Assembly: GCA_032128375.1 (NCBI GenBank) | Contig: JAQBGU010000081.1 | Location: 1 to 14,404 of the forward strand | From: Deltaproteobacteria bacterium | GTDB taxonomy: Bacteria; Myxococcota_A; UBA9160; SMWR01 | Direction: 5' to 3' | Length of the DNA: 14,404 nucleotides | Part shown: in pieces, positions 8,826 through 14,404 of the stretch | Numbering within the stretch: position 1 is the first letter of the stretch | Layout: each line of letters opens with the position of its first letter | Notes under the pieces: model-generated | Seen by the model: only the letters and a program-made list of their open reading frames with translations | Told to the model about the DNA's origin: nothing | Databases searched by the model: none | Position numbers and translations under genes: made by a program

Positions 8826-8945
8826 CCTATCAGGGGCCAACCACAACCTTGCCAGAGCGGGTTCCAGAACCGTCCGACAACCAATCACCCCCCGAATGGC
8901 ACGTCGCCGACCGCGCAGGCAGTCGGAAGCGGGTGCGAGGCCGCG

Positions 8946-10130
8946 ATGCACCTCGATTACAGCGCCGAACAACAGCAGCTCCGAGAAGAAATCCGCAACT
9001 ATTACAGGGAGTTATTTACTCCTGAGATGCGGGCGCGCTTCGACGCGGAACACGAAGAAATGGGCGGACCGGTGTTTCGCGAGATCGTCGGCCGCTTGGG
9101 TGCCGACGGCTGGCTGGGGATCGGTTGGCCCAAGGAGTTCGGAGGCAAAGGCATGGGGCCCCTCGAGCAGTACATCTTCTGGGACGAGACCTATCGCGCT
9201 CACGCCCCGTTGCCCGTGATCGGGATCAACACCATCGGCCCCACCCTCATGCAGTTCGGGACTGATGAGCAGAAGGCCGAGTTCCTGCCGAAAATTCTCG
9301 AAGGCCAGATCTTCTTCGGCGTAGGCTACACAGAACCATCGGCCGGGACCGATTTGGCATCGCTCACGACCCGGGCCGAGCGCGACGGCGACGAGTACGT
9401 CATCAACGGCCAGAAACTTTTCACCACGCACGCACACGACGCCAACTACATCTGGCTGGCGGCGCGCACGGACCCCGAAGCACCCAAGCATCGCGGCATC
9501 TCGATCATCCTGGTGCCGACCGATGCAACCGGCTTTTCATGCACCCCGATCTATACCGTCGGCCGCGAGCGAACCAATGCGACCTACTACGAAAATGTGC
9601 GCGTACCGGTGAGCAACCGCGTCGGCCCCGAAAACAGCGGCTGGAAGCTGATCACCTCGCAACTCAACCACGAGCGCATCACGCTCGCGGCTCCGGGCTT
9701 CACCAACCGCATGCTCGACGAAGTCTGGGAGTTCGCGATGAAGACGCCGCGGCCGGGCGGCGATGGACGCATGATCGACGAGCCCTGGGTGCAACTGAAC
9801 CTGGCTCGGGTGTTCGCGAAACTACAGGCGTTGACCGTGCTCAACTGGCGCTCGGCATGGTCGATCAGCGCCGGTGTCCCCGACATGGCCGAGGCATCCG
9901 CCGTCAAGGTGATGGGTTCCGAGTTTTTCGTGGAGGCGTATCGTCTGCTGCTCGAGATCGTCGAAAGCGCCGGCATCATTACCAACGGCGAGCCTGGCGC
10001 GATGTTCGGCGGACTACTCGAAAACGCTTACCGAACCGCCGGGACCTACACGTTCGGCGGCGGGGTCAATGAAGTTCAGCGCGACATCATCGCGATGGCT
10101 GGCTTGGGGTTGCCGCGCGCCCGGCGCTAA
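8946..10130 (+). CDS. chsE2: Steroid acyl-CoA dehydrogenase catalytic subunit, ChsE2/FadE29-like (394 aa)
   Basis: GWPKEFGG, GYTEPSAGTDLASL, NGQKLFTT, TNATYY, QLNHER (Glu243, equivalent to the ChsE2 catalytic Glu), TFGGGVNEVQR. GAGG RBS upstream. Located with chsH and ltp2 homologues. Confidence 0.85.
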   Translation: MHLDYSAEQQQLREEIRNYYRELFTPEMRARFDAEHEEMGGPVFREIVGRLGADGWLGIGWPKEFGGKGMGPLEQYIFWDETYRAHAPLPVIGINTIGPTLMQFGTDEQKAEFLPKILEGQIFFGVGYTEPSAGTDLASLTTRAERDGDEYVINGQKLFTTHAHDANYIWLAARTDPEAPKHRGISIILVPTDATGFSCTPIYTVGRERTNATYYENVRVPVSNRVGPENSGWKLITSQLNHERITLAAPGFTNRMLDEVWEFAMKTPRPGGDGRMIDEPWVQLNLARVFAKLQALTVLNWRSAWSISAGVPDMAEASAVKVMGSEFFVEAYRLLLEIVESAGIITNGEPGAMFGGLLENAYRTAGTYTFGGGVNEVQRDIIAMAGLGLPRARR

Positions 10131-10202
10131 CGGGTATCAACGACTTTTTCGCCATCCTGAACGGCGCAACACCGAGAGATCGCAACAATCAACGAGGTCG
10201 AG

Positions 10203-11199
10203 ATGAGCCAACAGTCAGAGGCGAAAGCGGCGTTCGAAGCGAAGCTCCAGGCGTTCGTGGGTGTCGAGATCGGCCCGCCCGAAGTCGCTGAGGATGCCGT
10301 CAACGAGGCGATGATCCGCCACTGGTGCCAGGCGATGGGCGATTCGAACCCGATCTACACCGACTCGAAGGTCGGCGAGCGCTCGACCCACGGCGGGATC
10401 GTCGCGCCCCCCGGCCATGATGCAGGCGTGGACGATGCCCGGCATCGTGGTCGCGTACGACCTCGAATCGCTCGACGACAAACAACGCGAGCTGCACAAG
10501 TTCTTCGGCGACAACGGCTACCCATCGGTGGTGGCGACCAACTGCGAGCAAGGCTACGACCGCTACCTGCGCCCCGGCGATCGATTGACGGCGCGCACGA
10601 CGATCGAATCCGTCTCGCAAGAGAAGGCCACCGCACTCGGGATCGGCTACTTCGTCGTGACGCGCACGGTCTATACCGACCAGAACGGCGATCCCGTGGG
10701 CTGGATGACTTTCCGGGTTCTCAAGTTCAAGCCCAACCAACCCGCCCAGCCTGCCGCTGACCCGGGGTTTGGAAGCGGGATGTCGGGCAAACCAGCGCGT
10801 ATGCGGCCCCCGCTCGCACACGACAACGCATGGTGGTGGGAGGGCATCGACAACGACCAACTGTTGATCCAGAAGTGTGACGATTGTGGGACGCTGCGCC
10901 ACCCGCCGCGTCCGATGTGCTCGGAGTGCCAATCGATCGCGTGGGGCAGCATCGAGAGCTGCGGACGTGGAACGGTGCACAGCTACACCGTGATGCATCA
11001 CCCCCCAATTCCCGGTTACGACTACCCGCTTGCCGTGGCCCTGATCGACCTCGAGGAGGGTACGCGAATCGTCTCCAACGTGGAGGGCATCGGCCCCGAT
11101 GAAGTCCGAATCGGCATGAAAGTCAGGTGCACGATCGAAAACACCGAGGATGATTTCAAACTGCCAATCTTCCACCCCGTGGCAGGCGAACAGGCCTGA
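10203..11199 (+). pseudogene. chsH2: ChsH2-like steroid enoyl-CoA hydratase subunit (MaoC N-term + DUF35 Zn-ribbon/OB fold), frameshifted as given (real lesion or sequencing error)
   Basis: First frame reads VNEAMIRHWC..GDSNPIY..GGIVAPP; the next frame reads AMMQAWTM..VVATN..YDRYLRPGD..QKCDDC..HPPRPMCSEC..GRGTVHSY. Removing one C from the C6 run at 10407-10412 restores IVAPPAMMQAWTM and a 331-aa ORF. Confidence 0.85.
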
Positions 11200-11229
11200 C
11201 AGCGATTCGACTTCACGGACTCAAACTTC

Positions 11230-12375
11230 ATGGATTTCACCTTCACCGAAGAACAAATCGCACTGCGCGATCTCGCCCGAGAGATCCTCGAGGCGGAAGT
11301 GACGCCCGAGCATCTGAAGACGATCGAGCAGGGAAAAGATGGCTACAGCGCGCAGCTGTGGTCGAAGCTCGCGGGTGCGAACCTGTTGGGTCTCGGCATT
11401 CCGGAAAACCTCTCCGGCATGGGCTTTGGGATCGTTGAACTCTGCCTGCTGCTACAAGAGGTGGGTCGTGCGGTCGCACCGATCCCGGCACTGCCCACGT
11501 TGGTGCTCGGTGCGCTTCCGATCGCTCGCTTCGGGACCGACGCCCAGAAAGAACGATTCTTGCCGTCGGTTGCGACCGGCGAGACGCTGCTCACGGCCGC
11601 CTGGGTCGACGCCGATTCGGGCGATCTGCGCTCGCCCGCCACCCGGGCCCGTCGCAATGGGTCGGGGTGGCGCCTCGATGGGCGCAAACGCTTCGTATCG
11701 GCCGCGCAGAGTGCTTCGCGAATCGTCGTTCCGGCGGTCACCGACACTGGGCCTGGCCTGTTCCTGCTCGATCCGAACGCCGATGGCGTCACACTTTCTG
11801 GCGGCAAGACATCGACCCACGAGCCGATCTTCGAATTGGCCATGTCGGGTGCGCGCGTAGACGACGATGACTTGTTGGGGGGCCAGATCGCAGAGCGGGC
11901 AGAATCGGCCGCGCAATTCGCGTGGCTCTGCGATTGCGCGCTGGTCGCGATCAGCGCCACCCAGATCGGGGTCTGCGAAAGAGCGCTCGAGATCACCACC
12001 CGGTACGTGAGCGAGCGTCAGCAATTCAACGCTCCGATCGGCTCGTTTCCAGCCGTCCAGCATCGCTGCGCCGATTGCTACATCGATATCACTGCGCTTC
12101 GCTGGATCACCTGGCGCGCAGCTTGGAAGCTCGCGTGCGGGCTCGATGCGAGCCGGGATGCGGGCATCGCGAAGTTTTTCGCGGCCGAAGCGGGAGCCCG
12201 GGTCGGCACTGCCGTGCAACACCTGCACGGCGGAATGGGGGCCGATCGCGATTACCCGATCCACCGCTATTTCCTCTGGTCCAAGTCCCTCGAACTCAAC
12301 CTGGGCTCGGCGATGCCGCAGTTGGCAAGGTTGGGACGCGACATGGCCCGAACGGGCCCTCAGGAGTTTTTATGA
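11230..12375 (+). CDS. chsE1: Steroid acyl-CoA dehydrogenase partner subunit, ChsE1/FadE28(FadE27)-like (381 aa)
   Basis: MDFTFTEEQ, RQQFNAPIGSFPAVQH, QHLHGGMGADRDYPIHRYF. Degenerate FAD-binding segment (AAWVD in place of xxSEP/TEP), as expected for the second subunit of heterotetrameric ACADs. Confidence 0.8.
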   Translation: MDFTFTEEQIALRDLAREILEAEVTPEHLKTIEQGKDGYSAQLWSKLAGANLLGLGIPENLSGMGFGIVELCLLLQEVGRAVAPIPALPTLVLGALPIARFGTDAQKERFLPSVATGETLLTAAWVDADSGDLRSPATRARRNGSGWRLDGRKRFVSAAQSASRIVVPAVTDTGPGLFLLDPNADGVTLSGGKTSTHEPIFELAMSGARVDDDDLLGGQIAERAESAAQFAWLCDCALVAISATQIGVCERALEITTRYVSERQQFNAPIGSFPAVQHRCADCYIDITALRWITWRAAWKLACGLDASRDAGIAKFFAAEAGARVGTAVQHLHGGMGADRDYPIHRYFLWSKSLELNLGSAMPQLARLGRDMARTGPQEFL

Positions 12376-12791
12376 GTCCACCCAGATTCGATGCTGTAAA
12401 CGTCGGCGACGCGCTGCCGGAGCTACCCATCGCGATCACGACGAGTCTGGTGGTCGGCGGAGCCTTGGCTTCTCGCGATTACATGCCCGTCCACCACGAT
12501 AAATCAGCCGCGCAGGCCCAGGGAATGAACGACGTGTTCATGAACATCCTCACCACCAACGGGCTCGTCGGCCGGTACGTGACCGACTGGGCCGGCATCG
12601 ACGCAACGCTCAAGGGCATCGCGATCAAACTCGGCACGCCGAACCTGCCGGGTGACACGATGACGATGTCGGGCGAGGTCACCGAGAAGCACGAAGTCGA
12701 TGGGATCATCTCGATCGAAGTCGCAGGCAAGAACGCTTGGGGAAATCACGTGACCGGCACGGTCCGAATCGCGCTGCCGCGGGGGGCATGA
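12372..12791 (+). CDS. chsH1: ChsH1-like MaoC hydratase catalytic subunit (139 aa)
   Basis: ATG 12372 overlaps the upstream stop (ATGA), with AGGAG RBS. VGDALPEL, ASRDYMPVHHD (Asp/His dyad), FMNILTTNGLVGRYVTDWAG, GNHVTGTV. Confidence 0.88.
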   Translation: MSPPRFDAVNVGDALPELPIAITTSLVVGGALASRDYMPVHHDKSAAQAQGMNDVFMNILTTNGLVGRYVTDWAGIDATLKGIAIKLGTPNLPGDTMTMSGEVTEKHEVDGIISIEVAGKNAWGNHVTGTVRIALPRGA

Positions 12792-13966
12792 GCATGCCGA
12801 CAACACTCCACAACGAAGCCGCCATCGTCGGCATCGGCCAGACCGAGTTCTCGAAAAACTCCGGCCGCTCCGAACTCCAACTCGCCTGTGAAGCCGTCCG
12901 TGCGGCCATTGTCGACGCGGGACTCAAGCCGAGCGATATCGACGGCATGACGAGCTTCACGCTCGATACCACCGACGAAATCGCGATCGCGCAATCGGTC
13001 GGTATCGGCGAACTGACTTTCTTTTCGTGTACACCGCACGGCGGCGGGGCGGCGATCGGCGTCGTACACCAGGCCGTGATGGCAGTCGCCACGGGCTCGG
13101 CGAAGTACGTCGTCTGCTACCGCTCGCTCAATGGCCGCTCGGGCCAGCGCTACAGCGAGGGCGTTTCGGGCGACATCATCACCTCCGACACCATCCATTG
13201 GAGTTGGTACATGCCCTGGGGACTGATGACCCCGGCGAGCTGGGTTGCGATGTTCACTCAGCGTTATATGCACGAGACGGGTGCCAAGAGCACCGACTTC
13301 GCGAAGGTCTCCATCTCGACTCGCAATCACGCGGTCAACAACCCGGCCGCATTCTTCTACGGCAAGCCGTTGACTCTGGACGAGCACCAGAACGCGCGGA
13401 TGATCTGCGACCCGCTGCGCTTGTTCGATTGTTGCCAGGAAACCGACGGTGCGTGCGCCGCAATCATTACGACGCCCGAACGCGCCCGCGATTTGCGAGC
13501 CGGCGGCGCCATCATCCGCGGGATCGGCCAAGCGGCCGGCGCCGACCAGGAAGTCATGACGAGCTTTTACCGCAAGAGCGTGGCCGCGATTCCCGAGATG
13601 GACTCGGTCGCGAAGCAGACTTACGAAATGTCCGGCCTCGGCCCGGACGACCTGGACGCGGCGATCATCTACGACGCGTTCTCGTCGATCGTGCTGATGC
13701 AGCTCGAGAGTTTCGGGCTGTGCGGGCCCGGTGAGGCAAAGGACTTCGTGGCAGACGACAACCTCGGACTCGGCGGAAGGTTGCCGACCAACACCCACGG
13801 CGGCCAGCTTTCCGAAGCCTACATCCACGGCATGAACGGTGTAAACGAAGGCGTTCGGCTGATCCGCGGTGACTCGGTCAATCAACCGCCGAACAATGAC
13901 CACGTGCTGGTCACAGCCGGCATCGGTGTTCCGACCAGCGCGATGATCCTTGGAAAAATGGACTGA
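12788..13966 (+). CDS. ltp2: Ltp2-like steroid side-chain aldolase (SCP2-thiolase fold, 392 aa)
   Basis: AAIVGIGQTEFSKNSGRSEL; HGGGAA (no thiolase Cys); DCCQETDG; IYDAF (Tyr295); NTHGGQLSEAYIHG (Tyr345). ATGA overlap with chsH1. Confidence 0.88.
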   Translation: MSMPTTLHNEAAIVGIGQTEFSKNSGRSELQLACEAVRAAIVDAGLKPSDIDGMTSFTLDTTDEIAIAQSVGIGELTFFSCTPHGGGAAIGVVHQAVMAVATGSAKYVVCYRSLNGRSGQRYSEGVSGDIITSDTIHWSWYMPWGLMTPASWVAMFTQRYMHETGAKSTDFAKVSISTRNHAVNNPAAFFYGKPLTLDEHQNARMICDPLRLFDCCQETDGACAAIITTPERARDLRAGGAIIRGIGQAAGADQEVMTSFYRKSVAAIPEMDSVAKQTYEMSGLGPDDLDAAIIYDAFSSIVLMQLESFGLCGPGEAKDFVADDNLGLGGRLPTNTHGGQLSEAYIHGMNGVNEGVRLIRGDSVNQPPNNDHVLVTAGIGVPTSAMILGKMD

Positions 13967-13971
13967 GAAGC

Positions 13972-14016
13972 GGCTCTCATCGAGCTCTCTTCGAGCTCTT
14001 TTCAAACTCCCTTTCA
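13972..14016 (+). repeat. Degenerate 11-bp tandem repeat (4 units)
   Basis: GGCTCTCATCG / AGCTCTCTTCG / AGCTCTTTTCA / AACTCCCTTTCA, directly after the ltp2 stop. Confidence 0.6.
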
Positions 14017-14039
14017 AGAGAAGAACAGCAGAAACCCAC

Positions 14040-14224
14040 GTGCGTGAAGCAGTCATCGTCGAAGCTCTGCGAAGTCCGATCGCCCGAGGCAAGATGGGCA
14101 TGGGGGACCTATCCGGATTCCACGCCGCGCAACTTCTGGCGAAAGTCCAGCAGGCAGTGATCGAGAGGGCGGGGATCGAAGCGGCGCTCGTCGAGCAACC
14201 GGCACGATTATCGAGCGTCTGTAG
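14040..14224 (+). pseudogene. fadA5: Internally deleted steroid 3-ketoacyl-CoA thiolase (FadA5-like) remnant
   Basis: GTG 14040 gives MREAVIVEALRSPIARGKMGMGDLSGFHAAQLLAKVQQAVIERAGIEAALVEQ, a thiolase N-terminus resembling FadA5. It is joined out of frame at ~14195-14198 to ACC GGC ACG ATT ATC GAG CGT CTG TAG = TGTIIERL*, a thiolase C-terminus. Confidence 0.85.
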
Positions 14225-14226
14225 CT

Positions 14227-14286
14227 GTCGACAGCCGTCGACAAGATGTCGACAAGATGTCGACAAGATGTGGACAGCGTGTAGAC
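14227..14286 (+). repeat. 11-bp tandem repeat GTCGACAAGAT x3 plus degenerate flanking units
   Basis: GTCGACAGCC / GTCGACAAGAT / GTCGACAAGAT / GTCGACAAGAT / GTGGACAGCGT / GTAGAC. Confidence 0.9.
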
Positions 14287-14303
14287 GGGAACAGGAGAAT
14301 TGT

Positions 14304-14404
14304 ATGGCAGAACTCGAAGGCAAAGTCGCGGTCGTCACCGGTGGCGCCCACGGTCTTGGACGTGTGCACGCGCTGAACCTCGCGAAGCTCGGTGCACGCG
14401 TGGT
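14304..14404 (+). CDS. Short-chain dehydrogenase/reductase (SDR), 5' part only (runs off the window)
   Basis: AGGAGA RBS at 14293-14298. MAELEGKVAVVTGGAHGLGRVHALNLAKLGARV contains the TGxxxGxG Rossmann motif. Confidence 0.88.
   Translation, partial: MAELEGKVAVVTGGAHGLGRVHALNLAKLGARV

Noticed and set aside
8860..8871. Inverted repeat GGTTC-CA-GAACC in the divergent promoter
   Set aside because: Only 5-bp arms, expected by chance, and no match to a motif I recognise.
10413..10760. C-terminal part of the 185-aa ORF 10203..10760
   Set aside because: Out-of-frame run-on after the chsH2 frameshift; Arg-rich nonsense overlapping the true frame.
11197..11232. chsH2 stop is in frame with chsE1 across 10 sense codons with no obvious RBS (possible readthrough fusion)
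   Set aside because: One-in-three chance of being in frame; both proteins have normal termini and I see no recoding signal.
14227..14286. CRISPR-like or iteron interpretation of the tandem repeat
   Set aside because: Units are 11 bp and contiguous with no spacers; no cas or rep gene in the window.
13967..14303. Possible ncRNA or riboswitch in the long spacer after ltp2
   Set aside because: The space is explained by the thiolase remnant plus two short repeats.

Overview
GC-rich bacterial window with no RNA genes, mobile elements or CRISPR array detected. The host is probably Gram-negative; a Myxococcota/'deltaproteobacterial' type is my inference. The left part (minus strand) has a DUF3516-type Ski2-like helicase followed by a lipoprotein sulfatase-like gene with no formylglycine motif. 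Next is a divergent ~7-TM membrane protein, then a minus-strand run of LLM oxidoreductase, EEP hydrolase, CobW/COG0523 GTPase and an exported two-domain cytochrome c. The right part (plus strand) is an actinobacterial-type (igr-like) steroid side-chain degradation operon: chsE2/fadE29, chsH2, chsE1/fadE28, chsH1, ltp2, fadA5-like, SDR. Four things are not shown by the ORF track. (1) A perfect KstR-type operator TGTAACATGTTCTA sits in the divergent promoter. (2) chsH2 is split by a +1 frameshift in a C6 run. (3) The apparent intergenic gap after ltp2 is a fadA5-like thiolase with both ends intact and about 1 kb of its middle deleted, and its N-terminal frame stays open into the SDR. (4) Two different ~11-bp tandem arrays flank this remnant.
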